NCBI GenBank assembly: GCA_018303855.1
Contig: JAGVXI010000013.1
Coordinates: 34,735 to 98,734, forward strand
Length of the DNA stretch: 64,000 bases
Reading direction: 5' to 3'
Source of the DNA: Candidatus Pacearchaeota archaeon
GTDB taxonomy: Archaea > Nanobdellota > Nanobdellia > Pacearchaeales > GW2011-AR1
The number at the start of each line of letters is the position of its first letter. The first letter of the stretch is position 1. Below are positions 1-9,754 of this stretch, in pieces. The position numbers were made by a program, and so were the translations under genes. A model generated the notes under the pieces. It was not told where the DNA came from. It saw nothing but the letters and a program-made list of their open reading frames with translations, and searched no databases.

Positions 1-66
1 AGGAGAATATTGAAACTCAAAAAGCAACCAAGGAATTAATTGAATTGTGTAAAGGGGCAATTTAAA

Positions 67-621
67 ATGGTAGGATTAAGAAAAGCAAGTGCATATTCAA
101 AGAGAACAGTTGTTCCTTATACTCGCAGGAGCAAGAGAAAAGGCAGTAATTTCATAAAAGCAGTTCCAGCTCAAAGCATTGTTAAGTTTACAATGGGGCA
201 GGAAGCTCTTTTTAACAAAGGCAATTTTCCTTTTAGTTTAACTCTTGTTGCAGACGAAAAAGCTCAAATCAGAGCAAATGCTTTGGAAGCATGCAGGCAG
301 TATATAAACAAAAAACTTGATACCATGATGCTTGGGCAGTATGTTTTTAAGGTATTGCCTTATCCACACCATGTTCAGAGGGAAAATAAGATGCTTACAG
401 GTGCAGGAGCAGACAGAATGCAGACTGGGATGAGCTTGTCTTTTGGAAAAGCAGTTGGGCGGGCAGCTATTGTCAATCACGGAACCCGGATATTTTTTAT
501 GGCTGTTGCAAACAAAAAAGCAGAGGATATTGCACGGCATCTTTTGCATGAGATTAAATCAAAGTTGCCATGCAGAACAAAGATTGTTTCTGGGGGAGTG
601 AATGTAATTAAACAGGCTTAA
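67..621 (+). CDS. rpl10e: 50S ribosomal protein L10e (uL16 family)
   Basis: MVGLRKASAYSKRTVVPYTRRSKRKG... is the typical archaeal L10e N-terminus and length. Start taken at the internal ATG rather than the track start at 40. Confidence 0.85.
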   Translation: MVGLRKASAYSKRTVVPYTRRSKRKGSNFIKAVPAQSIVKFTMGQEALFNKGNFPFSLTLVADEKAQIRANALEACRQYINKKLDTMMLGQYVFKVLPYPHHVQRENKMLTGAGADRMQTGMSLSFGKAVGRAAIVNHGTRIFFMAVANKKAEDIARHLLHEIKSKLPCRTKIVSGGVNVIKQA

Positions 622-808
622 ATTAATGTTGGTAGTGGTTTGATTTTAATCTAATTTTTGCGTTCATTATACAATCTGTCAATATCCCTCTTTATACTAA
701 ATTAGTTCCAACTTATTTAACTCTTAAGTGGTAACATAATAGAAAGGTTTATAAATGGGGTTTTGTATGGAAAGTTAAGATAAATTGCTTAAACACAATA
801 AATAAAAA

Positions 809-1438
809 ATGGCATTTGGAAGAAATAAAAGGGAGTTAACTCCTGAACAAGAAGAAAGAATGGTTGCAGCATCTATAGTCATGGGTCCGCATGTTAAAGA
901 TAAAAATGGAAATGTGCATAGAGTGCCTGGCGGTTCTCGAGCTCTTTATGTTGCTAGTAGAGGTAAAGATTATGGAGACAAAGCCCAGCAAGCAACTACT
1001 CTTTTTCAATACGGTAGTGCATTGCAAGGTCAAACATCAGAAGTTGCAAGCATTATTAATTCTAGCCTTGGGATTTCACCAGAAGAGGCGGAAAGATTGT
1101 TAGAGGGGGGCATGGATTTAGGAAGTTTTTATTCTCAATCACTTTCAAGAGCAGATGTGCAGGCTAAAGGCGCAAAAATATACGAGGAATATTTAGATAA
1201 AGTAGAAGTTGGTGTTGTTTTATCTGAGCTTGGTGTTGGCGGGAAAAATTTCCCTAAACTTGCAAAATACTCAAACATGACTATGAAACAACTTAAAGAA
1301 GATGATAGTGCAGTTTACAAAGAACTAAAATCACTTTACTTGGACTATGTTGCAGAAACAGGAATTGGGCAATCAATAAATCAAGTAGGGCATATGAGAG
1401 CAAGCCAAAGAGTTTCTGGGTTGGAGAAAAAACTTTGA
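809..1438 (+). CDS. hypothetical protein, first gene of a 3-gene operon with a strong BRE/TATA promoter
   Basis: Long ORF with consistent coding composition. Conserved promoter motif at 729-756. No recognisable domain. Confidence 0.4.
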   Translation: MAFGRNKRELTPEQEERMVAASIVMGPHVKDKNGNVHRVPGGSRALYVASRGKDYGDKAQQATTLFQYGSALQGQTSEVASIINSSLGISPEEAERLLEGGMDLGSFYSQSLSRADVQAKGAKIYEEYLDKVEVGVVLSELGVGGKNFPKLAKYSNMTMKQLKEDDSAVYKELKSLYLDYVAETGIGQSINQVGHMRASQRVSGLEKKL

Positions 1439-1442
1439 GAAA

Positions 1443-1637
1443 ATGAAACAATTTAAGGATAAAGAAGGAAATGTTGTGGGATATGCTGGTAAAATAGTCG
1501 GACCTGTTATAGTTACTTTGCCTGAAAATTATCACCCAGGAAAAAATGGGCAACCTACAATTCAAGAATTTGGTAAAGCATTAAGAAGGGAATTATCAGA
1601 TTTTCTAGATCCTTCTCATGAAATAATTTTTCTGTAA
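1443..1637 (+). CDS. hypothetical small protein
   Basis: Tightly spaced ORF between 809-1438 and 1648-2127 on the same strand. Confidence 0.3.
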   Translation: MKQFKDKEGNVVGYAGKIVGPVIVTLPENYHPGKNGQPTIQEFGKALRRELSDFLDPSHEIIFL

Positions 1638-1647
1638 AATTCCTAAA

Positions 1648-2127
1648 ATGAACATAGAAAATTTGATGTTGAAGAGGGAGCATTTTTTCCAAGACCCAAA
1701 TAAGCCAATACAATGGTTTACAATGGCTCCAGTTCATCCAATATTAGCTAAACAAGGTTCATTTGATGTGAATTTAGCTTTTAAATGTCTTGATGACGCG
1801 CTTAGATTAACAATCGAAGATGCAAAAGAACTTCCCAAAGGAGCAATAAAGTTTGTAAAAAGAAGGGTTGTTGATGGAAAAGTTAGAAGTGTGCCTTTTA
1901 CAGAAATTTCAGACTCACAAATAGCTTATGACTGGATAAACGATAAAATGGAAGATAAAGAGGGAGTTACAAGATTTAGCAATGATGCAATTCTTATTGA
2001 AGGATTTCCTATAACCTCTGGCAAATTAGAAATAACATCGGACCAGTTAGAGTTGGGTGTGGCTGAGACTATTAGTCTAGATGGTAGAGATTGTATAGAA
2101 TATTTTGGTTTAAACCTACCAAAATAA
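1648..2127 (+). CDS. hypothetical protein
   Basis: ORF of 159 aa in the same operon. No recognisable motif. Confidence 0.4.
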   Translation: MNIENLMLKREHFFQDPNKPIQWFTMAPVHPILAKQGSFDVNLAFKCLDDALRLTIEDAKELPKGAIKFVKRRVVDGKVRSVPFTEISDSQIAYDWINDKMEDKEGVTRFSNDAILIEGFPITSGKLEITSDQLELGVAETISLDGRDCIEYFGLNLPK

Positions 2128-2319
2128 ATATCAGAGGAATATGGGCTTAAAGAAGAAAGTTCTTTGGGTGAACAAGTTTATGTTATGAAACATGGAACGT
2201 ACTGGAGACCACACAACCTAAGTGATATGAGTATGAGGCTTTTTTGCAGAAATTTTGGAATTGTTCTTGGTAACGAAATTGTCAAAGCAAAATATGGCGT
2301 GAAGTCAGAAAAGTAAAAA

Positions 2320-2598
2320 ATGGAAATTGAATGGACAGATGACCAACCAGGATTAAGGCATATTAAAGAGCATATGTTAGAAAGCAAGTTAGTTGATGAT
2401 TTATTTTTATTAATGCAAAAGCATGAGCTTAAAGAAGTCGAAGCTGATAAAGTTATAACAAGTTACGGGTGCACTAATACCTATAACTGTTTTATAAGTG
2501 CTGGTGTTAACAGGGAGGCTTATCTTATTATTATCCAGCAAAATGGTGAAAAAGGTGCACCAAATATAACTGGAGCTGTTGGCAAAATACAGCTTTAG
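2320..2598 (+). CDS. hypothetical protein
   Basis: ORF of 92 aa. No recognisable domain. Confidence 0.3.
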   Translation: MEIEWTDDQPGLRHIKEHMLESKLVDDLFLLMQKHELKEVEADKVITSYGCTNTYNCFISAGVNREAYLIIIQQNGEKGAPNITGAVGKIQL

Positions 2599-2605
2599 AG
2601 CTTTT

Positions 2606-3256
2606 TCATATGTCTTTCTTCTTTTTTCCTTTATAATCCTTAAAGCATTTAGTTAAAGTTTCTTTTCTAATAATAAAAAAGTTCGTGCTATTCCTTAGTT
2701 CATTAGAGTACCCAAATGGAACAAATGCACTTAAAACCTCTTTTCCTGCTTTTTTTATTAATTTTACTGCAGGAACAAAATCAGTATCTCCAGATATTAA
2801 AATACAAACATCACATTCTTTATCAACAACTGACTTTTTTACCATATCAATGGCTATCCATACATCAATCCCCTTTTCCTTTCTAATAATATCTGAAAGG
2901 TCTAAGAAGCTAGCTTCAATTAATGGTTTACAGTTCTTGCATAAATCTAAAGAGTCAATTGTTTCTCTTTTTCTTTTTAATATTTCCTTACTTGATAATC
3001 TTTGCAGTTTTCTTGTTATAACTTTAATTCCTTCCTTTTCAAGTTCTGAAAGAAAACGCATATGGTCATAATAAGTTTTTTCTCCATCTGCAATATCTGG
3101 AATAGAAGCATACCACCTTATTTCCTGAAGAGATAATTTTAAGTTATTGCATATAAGCTTAGCAATTTTGTTTATAGATATCTCGCTTGGTTTAAAGAAT
3201 TTCTTTACATTATGGTACCAATTGTTAGCATCAACAAAGACAATTGCCTTTTTCAT
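2606..3256 (-). CDS. NYN-domain (LabA-like/DUF88) protein
   Basis: N-terminal KAIVFVDANNWYH... and later ISGDTDFVPAV match the LabA/NYN signature. It is paralogous to 26101-26640 and 28909-29460. Confidence 0.7.
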   Translation of the reverse strand: MKKAIVFVDANNWYHNVKKFFKPSEISINKIAKLICNNLKLSLQEIRWYASIPDIADGEKTYYDHMRFLSELEKEGIKVITRKLQRLSSKEILKRKRETIDSLDLCKNCKPLIEASFLDLSDIIRKEKGIDVWIAIDMVKKSVVDKECDVCILISGDTDFVPAVKLIKKAGKEVLSAFVPFGYSNELRNSTNFFIIRKETLTKCFKDYKGKKKKDI

Positions 3257-3306
3257 ATAGAATAACTGATTCAGTTTATTATAAACTTTATGAGGAGAAT
3301 AGGAAG

Positions 3307-3337
3307 CCCGGCATTACTCCGAAGAGCCATACCGGGG
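3307..3337. other. GC-rich hairpin CCCGGCAT-N14-ATACCGGGG, about 50 nt upstream of the NYN gene
   Basis: Inverted repeat seen directly. Related hairpins sit next to the two other NYN genes (26645-26673, 28873-28899). Confidence 0.5.
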
Positions 3338-3422
3338 ACTTGAATATTAATAATAAATCTAAGAGATATTTAAATATATCGTTTTACGGTTGCGTTAAGT
3401 TGTTCTTTTCCTGTTAAATTAC

Positions 3423-4388
3423 TTACCCCTCAATCAGCTCCTTAACAAGCTGAGCCATTGTTCTCATGAAGTCTTCTGTTTTAACTTGCCACTCGTCAAT
3501 CTCTACGCCTTTTAAATCAGTAACTTCGCCGTGTGCAATTTTTTTGTGCAGATAATGCAAATCCCTATAATCAATAACATATTTCATTTTTAACTTTTTA
3601 TTATCAACAAATGTTTCTTTTAAGTTGATTGGAATGTGCTCAGGCGAAGGCGGTGAGACATTTGCTGCAATTAAAGCTGCGTGAGCAGAATCAACCATCG
3701 CCCAGTATAATCCCTCTACTGCATTTAATTCAGCAACTTTGCTTCTAGAAATATGCAATGGAGCTCTTTGAAGGGCATTATAAACAGCTTCTGGCGTTGA
3801 TTTTATTTTGCCTTTTACCAGTAGATATTTTAGAGGCTCAAAAAATCCTCCAAAATCTATAATAGACTCGCCGTACCTTATGATATTTATAACAACTGGA
3901 TCGCCTTTTAGCAAATCTTCCCACCATGTGCTAAGCTTTATTGTGTTAACATGAATCTCCCTATTATAAGGATTGCTTTTCAGGGTTTTTTCAAGTTCTT
4001 CTCTGTACCATGCTATAAGTTCCTGGTCCCAGTTTATGGAAACATCGTCGATGATAATGACAATATCAATATCAGAGCCTGCAACATTGCTTTGCTTGAT
4101 TGTAGAACCAAAGAGAACCACAGATTTAACCATTTTATCAAATTTTTGGTAAACTTTTGTTGCAAAATCAAGGGCAATTTCTGTTTCTCTTTTTAACTGC
4201 AGTGTTGGAAGTTTTTTTGAATCAGGTTTTGAGTTTTTATTTTTATCTTTTTCAGCTTTCTCTTTTTTGTCAGCAAGCAGTTTTTTTACAACTTTGGCTT
4301 CTTGTTTTTCTTCTTCTTTTTTTAATGGTGTTTTATACTGCTCTTTTTTTTCAGCCTGTTTTTTTGCATCTCTTTTTTTCTTTTTCAT
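3423..4388 (-). CDS. nucleotidyltransferase-domain protein with Lys/Glu-rich N-terminal extension
   Basis: VVLFGSTIKQSNVAGSDIDIVIIID is the Pol-beta superfamily GS...D.D motif. The first ~90 aa are KE-rich and low complexity. Confidence 0.6.
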   Translation of the reverse strand: MKKKKRDAKKQAEKKEQYKTPLKKEEEKQEAKVVKKLLADKKEKAEKDKNKNSKPDSKKLPTLQLKRETEIALDFATKVYQKFDKMVKSVVLFGSTIKQSNVAGSDIDIVIIIDDVSINWDQELIAWYREELEKTLKSNPYNREIHVNTIKLSTWWEDLLKGDPVVINIIRYGESIIDFGGFFEPLKYLLVKGKIKSTPEAVYNALQRAPLHISRSKVAELNAVEGLYWAMVDSAHAALIAANVSPPSPEHIPINLKETFVDNKKLKMKYVIDYRDLHYLHKKIAHGEVTDLKGVEIDEWQVKTEDFMRTMAQLVKELIEG

Positions 4389-4628
4389 TTCTACCCCTAT
4401 TCAATAATAAAGATTATGCATTAATAAACAATTGCTTGTTTTTAAATGTTTTTTATGTGAAAAACATCTAATATGCTATTTGATGGTTGATAACTACTAA
4501 ATTTAACCTAGTAAGGAATTGTTAACTTTGAAACAACCTTTACACTACTTTATTAATTGCAATTTATACTCTCAAGAGTGTTTGATAACCTTTTACCATT
4601 AAAACTTTTATTTTGATATTGATACTTT

Positions 4629-6458
4629 TTATTCCATCGGTCTTCCTGTAACTCTGCTTGAACCTCCGGTTATCTGTCCGCCAAGTTCCATTGGCAATCC
4701 GGAAAATCCTGCTCCAAAAGTTTGAAAATGAACTTGTGGTAGTGTTTCTCCATAGCCTGCAAAATAACTCTGCCTTAAACCTAAAGCCTGGTTCCAATAA
4801 GGTGTTTTAATTGAATAAATAGGAGATCCCATTGCTTCTAGTGATGTTGCAAAAGGGGAAGTTTTAAAGTGCTGCCACCAGTTTCCAGCTTCAATAAGTT
4901 TTTTAGCCTCAAATCCTTCTTTTCCAAGCTTTTTCATTATCTCTTTAAATGGAACATTTCCCATGCCCATTGGAAGTTCTGTGTGCTCAAAACCAAAATT
5001 ATCACTTAAGTGAATGTGTTTAAGATAAGGCTTGATTTTTTCTGATTCTTTAACAATATCTTTTTTTTCAAATCCGTATTTTCTCAGCATGTTAATATGT
5101 CCGACATCCCAGGTTACTCCAATAAGTTTTTCAGCTGCTTTTTTTGCTTCTCCTTTTGACATGCCTTCGTTAACTGCTTTTTCCACAAATGTTTCTCTTG
5201 CTTTTTCAACGATTTTTTTTAAGTCTTCTCCACGGGCAAAAGCTGTTCCTGCAGGAGGATTTTCAATAGAAACAATCGGAGCATTATTTCCAAATTTGTC
5301 ATAAGCATTAAACGCAACTTTCCCAAATGTTTCAGCTGCTTTGTCCATTGCAAACTCGTTTAATGGTTTGTGGACTTCTGGTGCATCAAATTCACTGAGC
5401 CTATTTATCATCTGCTGATATGCCATAGACTGCATTTTTGGGTCTCTTGTTGTCTGAGTTATCTGCCCAATTTTATCAGCCATATCTTTAAGTGCTTTTT
5501 TTTCTTCTGGTGTTCCAAATTTATATGCCTTATTAAAAGTAGCATTTAAATTTAATCTTATGTGATCAAGATACCTTTGCGCATTTAATATTTTATTATA
5601 TGCCTCTGCTGAAGTTGGAGTAAGAAGTTGTTCTGGATTTTTGGAGCTTAAAAGTTTTGGCATAATTTCTTGAAGCAATGGATAATTTTCATCTATTAAC
5701 CTGTCTGCTCTTTCTTTGTAAAAAACAACCTGAGATATATCATTATCCCATTCTGTGTCATTTATGGCTTTAACTTCTGCTTCTGCTGTAAATGGAATTC
5801 CTTTAGATATATCATAACCTGTTTTTTGCATAATTTTTTTACCTTCTGATGTTCTCCCACTAATTTCTTCTGGAATTGGATAATGCTTTGTTTCTCTTTT
5901 TACCCCTCTTATTTGCCCTGTTTCTTGATTAATAACCAGCATGCTTTCTGTTATTTCTTCTTTTTCTTTCATTCCAGGCTCTTTTATTTTATAAACTTCT
6001 GGAGCTGGTAAAACAGCTGAAGAGTGAAATGTAACATTTATATTTCCTTTTGAATCAAGTTCATGGCTTCTTTCAACAGCAAGAGCCATCTGCCTTTCTG
6101 CAGTCTGCCTGCCCGCTTCTGTATACCCCTCTTTTGTAATTCCAGAAGGTTCAATTAATGGGCCGTGCACTGTTAAGTCTACTCCTGTTAATTTTGCAAG
6201 TCTTTTAACTTCTTTTAAATGCTGTTGGGGAACAGATTCAAAAAGTTCATTAGAAATCAGTGTTACATCAACTACTTTTGCTCCAGAGGGAATTCTTGCT
6301 GCAACTGCTGAGATAATGTCTGCTGTTCGCGGGTCTGTTGGAAGTCCCAAACTGCCAGCAGCAACTCTATAGCCTGTAAAAAGGCTTCCATACTCAGAGT
6401 CAAATGTGGAGTATCCTCCTTGATAAATATCACTTACTTTAAAATAATTGTCTGCCAT
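4629..6458 (-). CDS. xylose isomerase-like TIM-barrel (sugar phosphate isomerase/epimerase, AP endonuclease 2 family) protein with a large internal insertion
   Basis: The C-terminal WDVGHINM...KHIHLSDN...ELPMGMGNVPF and N-terminal VDLTVHGPL resemble the two ends of the TIM barrel. About 300 aa lie between them. Inference from motifs only. Confidence 0.45.
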   Translation of the reverse strand: MADNYFKVSDIYQGGYSTFDSEYGSLFTGYRVAAGSLGLPTDPRTADIISAVAARIPSGAKVVDVTLISNELFESVPQQHLKEVKRLAKLTGVDLTVHGPLIEPSGITKEGYTEAGRQTAERQMALAVERSHELDSKGNINVTFHSSAVLPAPEVYKIKEPGMKEKEEITESMLVINQETGQIRGVKRETKHYPIPEEISGRTSEGKKIMQKTGYDISKGIPFTAEAEVKAINDTEWDNDISQVVFYKERADRLIDENYPLLQEIMPKLLSSKNPEQLLTPTSAEAYNKILNAQRYLDHIRLNLNATFNKAYKFGTPEEKKALKDMADKIGQITQTTRDPKMQSMAYQQMINRLSEFDAPEVHKPLNEFAMDKAAETFGKVAFNAYDKFGNNAPIVSIENPPAGTAFARGEDLKKIVEKARETFVEKAVNEGMSKGEAKKAAEKLIGVTWDVGHINMLRKYGFEKKDIVKESEKIKPYLKHIHLSDNFGFEHTELPMGMGNVPFKEIMKKLGKEGFEAKKLIEAGNWWQHFKTSPFATSLEAMGSPIYSIKTPYWNQALGLRQSYFAGYGETLPQVHFQTFGAGFSGLPMELGGQITGGSSRVTGRPME

Positions 6459-6784
6459 TTTTTTATTGTGATTAAATGTTATCTGAGTTAATTAATATTT
6501 AACTTTAACAGTTTTAACATGCTGATATAATAATATGCTTCTTATTTTTTTATTATTAGCACTTTTATTGATTATCCCTTTTTTATCCTATATCCAATAA
6601 TTATTTTATGTTTAAATACCTTGTTGATCTTGTTGAAAGATATTTGATTTTATGATTATATTGTAAGATTAAGACTTTTTAATCTATTCTAGTTTAAGAA
6701 ATTCTATTTGTTTATATATTATATTTAACTTTTAAGTAGTTACATAATAGAAAGATTTATAAAATGAGTTGTCCCATATTTTTT

Positions 6785-8410
6785 ATGGTACAAACTATAC
6801 ACCCGGAAGTTGTAGTCAGGGCTTATGATTTAGGTGGTTTTGGCGATATTGCAGGAGCTATGAGAGTTGCGAGCCATTTTCAAAGAACAGGAACAAAAAC
6901 CTTAATTAAAGGAACATCTCATAGTGCTGTAGAAAAACTTGAAATCTTGAGCCCAGATGTAAATTTTAAAGAAAGCCAAGTTGGTTCTGATAATCATGTT
7001 ATAAAAGTAGACATTGCAGGGCATTACAAAGATGGAAGAAATAATGGAAACAATGATGTCCCCCATCATTTTACAGAAGACATGGATAACCCTTCTAATA
7101 GAAGAAAAGAAGTGCCGATTTATTTAAAAAGTGGATTACATTCACACCAACACCCCTCGCAAATCCCATTTTATACTCACATAAACGGACACACGCCTAT
7201 GTTTTACCGTCCATTTAGAGAATGGGATTTACCAAAACCAGGACAAAGAGATGCAAGAAGACAAATTTTAGAAGCTTTAGAAACAAAAAAAAGATTCGCT
7301 CTTTTTAAAAAACCTACTTCTAATCTTCAAAAATTATTAGAAGGTCAAAATAAAATAGGATTTGCCCACATATCCCCTCAAATGCAAGCATGGCCCCCAG
7401 AAAAAATTTTTGAACACCCTTATTTTCATGCTATTTATACTGCACACATATCAAAAGATAGTGATAAATTTACAATTGGTTTATTCTTAAATGGAGAACT
7501 TGAAAAAAGATTAACATCTGTTGCTGAATCAAAATATTGGAATGTTGTTGGAAGAGATGGGCAATCCACAAAATTTAACAGGGATTTGCCAACTTTATTA
7601 TTTTTAGGTTCACAACCACAAACAACAGTTACTGGGTTATTTTTATCTTCAGATATACCCAACCTAGTTACAGGAGACTTATCTTTATCTGATGCCTTAT
7701 ATGGATTAATAGCAATGGATGGACCTGCTTTTTTTTATGAAACTCCAACTTGGAAAATTCCTACCCTTACAGAATTGGGTTCAATACTCATGAAAACAGA
7801 TCCTCATTTAGCTGGAGAATTTATGGTTGGAAGCAATTCTTGTAAGATACTAAAGATAAATCAAAAAAATTCGCAAACTGGAAAAGAGATAGCTAATACC
7901 TTTTTTGAAAGAGTAGTAAATGTTTTCAGCGATAAAAAATATGCTTCTCGATATACAGAAGGTATGAGAACAGCAATCAGAAGAGAAATTCAAAGAAGAT
8001 TTGGTAATGTTCAAGTAGAAAGTAATATGAAAAGAGATTTTTATATTGTACTAGGAGCTCCTTATCTTATACAAGATGCAACTGTACAAGTTGTAGATAC
8101 ATTAAGAGCAAACCCAGAAGCATTAGCAGAAACAGAGAAAGTTAGAAGAATGCTTAAAGATGGTGTGCCAGTAAGTGTCAATGTTCACACCGGTGTTTTA
8201 GAGCCAGAAGTTACACCCTCTTTTAATTTCAAATATGGAGAACTTTCTGATTTATTATCAATTAATCCTTATCTTTATGGTTATAATAAAGATTCTAAAT
8301 CTTTAATAAAGCCAGATTATGAAGGAATAGATTATTTTTTTAACTTTAAGTATGCTCCAAAAAAACTAGAAGATTACTTATATTTTACCTTCTGTAAAAT
8401 CAATTATTAA
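6785..8410 (+). CDS. hypothetical large protein, probably leaderless start at the second Met
   Basis: 548-aa ORF (track start 6764). The TATA box at 6755-6763 sits only about 10 nt from the track ATG, so the ATG at 6785 is more plausible. No recognisable domain. Confidence 0.4.
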   Translation: MVQTIHPEVVVRAYDLGGFGDIAGAMRVASHFQRTGTKTLIKGTSHSAVEKLEILSPDVNFKESQVGSDNHVIKVDIAGHYKDGRNNGNNDVPHHFTEDMDNPSNRRKEVPIYLKSGLHSHQHPSQIPFYTHINGHTPMFYRPFREWDLPKPGQRDARRQILEALETKKRFALFKKPTSNLQKLLEGQNKIGFAHISPQMQAWPPEKIFEHPYFHAIYTAHISKDSDKFTIGLFLNGELEKRLTSVAESKYWNVVGRDGQSTKFNRDLPTLLFLGSQPQTTVTGLFLSSDIPNLVTGDLSLSDALYGLIAMDGPAFFYETPTWKIPTLTELGSILMKTDPHLAGEFMVGSNSCKILKINQKNSQTGKEIANTFFERVVNVFSDKKYASRYTEGMRTAIRREIQRRFGNVQVESNMKRDFYIVLGAPYLIQDATVQVVDTLRANPEALAETEKVRRMLKDGVPVSVNVHTGVLEPEVTPSFNFKYGELSDLLSINPYLYGYNKDSKSLIKPDYEGIDYFFNFKYAPKKLEDYLYFTFCKINY

Positions 8411-8416
8411 ACTTTA

Positions 8417-8629
8417 CTAACCAGACTTAGCCAATTCTTCATCAATTATTTGTTTAAAAGAAGAGAATGGTTGTGCTCCTTCTAAAATCTGCCCATTTAC
8501 AAAGAAAGCAGGTGTTCCTGTAACTTCTGCAGCCTGACAATCGCTAAAGTCTGTTTGAACCTCGCTTCTGAATTTTCCTGAATCTAAGCAACTTCCTATA
8601 TCATAACCTAACTCTTTAGCCCACTTTTC
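8417..8629 (-). pseudogene. 3-prime remnant of a DsbA-like thioredoxin-fold gene, truncated at its 5-prime end by the repeat element
   Basis: Translation EKWAKELGYDIGSCLDSGKFRSEVQTDFSDCQAAEVTGTPAFFVNGQILEGAQPF... aligns with the C-terminal 70 aa of the intact DsbA-like protein at 51546-52154. No start codon or N-terminal CxxC remains. The upstream boundary coincides with the start of the repeat at 8629. Confidence 0.6.
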
Positions 8630-8932
8630 TTATTTATTTTTAATATCAAAAAGTCCTTGTGTTTTACCACACCTTAAAAGGTGTGGTTTGTTTGGACTTT
8701 TGGATGCTCAAGATACCACCACACACTAAAGTGTGTGGTTTTCTTCAAGTATCTTGACATCAAGAAATCCATGTGTGTTTGGTTGGATTTATCAAGAACA
8801 ATAGTTCTTGAGTGTGCTCAAGATTCTTTGAATCTTGGCATTTAGAGACAGAAATGCTAATATTTCTGTGTAAATAACAACAATACTTAGCCGAGCATAT
8901 CTAATAATCATTAATTATAATTTGTCAAAGAC
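8629..8932 (+). mobile_element. MITE-like modular palindromic repeat, copy 1
   Basis: About 300 bp of non-coding sequence with several perfect palindromes (8666-8687 ACCACACCTTAAAAGGTGTGGT, 8719-8738, CAAGAACAATAGTTCTTG). Both ends and internal modules reappear as the reverse complement at 37700-37946. Confidence 0.55.
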
Positions 8933-8998
8933 TAAATAATCTTTACAATTCATTTACAAACTAAAGTAGATGGATTTTTTGCAGAGAAATTAAAAACT

Positions 8999-9601
8999 TT
9001 AAATCCTCACAACCCTTTTGTACTTTTCTTTTGGGTTTTCAAATGGAAGTTTTTTATTTTCCTGCTCTATCTCTCCATGAAGTCTTTCTGGTTCCATGCT
9101 TCCTTGAACAATTCCTCTTCCTTTAAATGGATTCATTAAATCTCTTCTTACATGAGCTTCCTGGGTTGCTCTCTCGTTTCTTACAAGAGTTGGGGGCTCA
9201 ACATAAGTTGCAGTATATTTTTCCATTTCTTTTTCTGCTACTGTTAAAGTTTCATAACCTGCATTTGCACGGTTGTTATATTTTATTATTTGTTCTTGCT
9301 TTTCATCTCTTTTTACTTGGGCATTTGCAGTTCCTTGTTCAAGATTCTGAGTTGTTTGATTCTGAACCTGGATTCTCCTCAATACAGAAGCTGTTGCTGA
9401 TGAAGAAACTGCAGGCAGGAACTGCTGGAATTGGATATTTTCTACCATATCTTCTGCTTCACTTAAAGCTCGTTCCAAGTTTGCCTCATCTATCTTAAGC
9501 TTTATCTTAGGAGATTTATTTTTATTTTTCAACATAATCTTCTGCTCAGCTTTTTGTTTTTCTTTATCTTCCTTCATCCTGCTTTTTTTCTTTTTTGGCA
9601 T
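8999..9601 (-). CDS. hypothetical charged (K/E/Q-rich) protein
   Basis: ORF of 200 aa. Low complexity. No domain recognised. Confidence 0.35.
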   Translation of the reverse strand: MPKKKKSRMKEDKEKQKAEQKIMLKNKNKSPKIKLKIDEANLERALSEAEDMVENIQFQQFLPAVSSSATASVLRRIQVQNQTTQNLEQGTANAQVKRDEKQEQIIKYNNRANAGYETLTVAEKEMEKYTATYVEPPTLVRNERATQEAHVRRDLMNPFKGRGIVQGSMEPERLHGEIEQENKKLPFENPKEKYKRVVRI

Positions 9602-9754
9602 AAAAACAAGAATTATTGATAATTATTAAAACTATCGTATAGGCTTAGCTGAGTTATGTTATTAGATTGAATAATGTAAATAATTTGTAAATAAATACAT
9701 TAGTTTAATTTTGTCAATTATCTAAATATTTTTATAATCAAACCTTTTTTAGCT

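Noticed and set aside
1-65. Partial ORF at the window edge (ENIETQKATKELIELCKGAI*)
   Set aside because: It is too short and truncated by the window boundary to call.
238-549. Minus-strand 103-aa ORF inside rpl10e, and similar antisense ORFs (836-1033, 3951-4196, 4157-4471, 23599-24021, 27221-27487 and others)
   Set aside because: They overlap strongly supported genes on the other strand and have no motif support.
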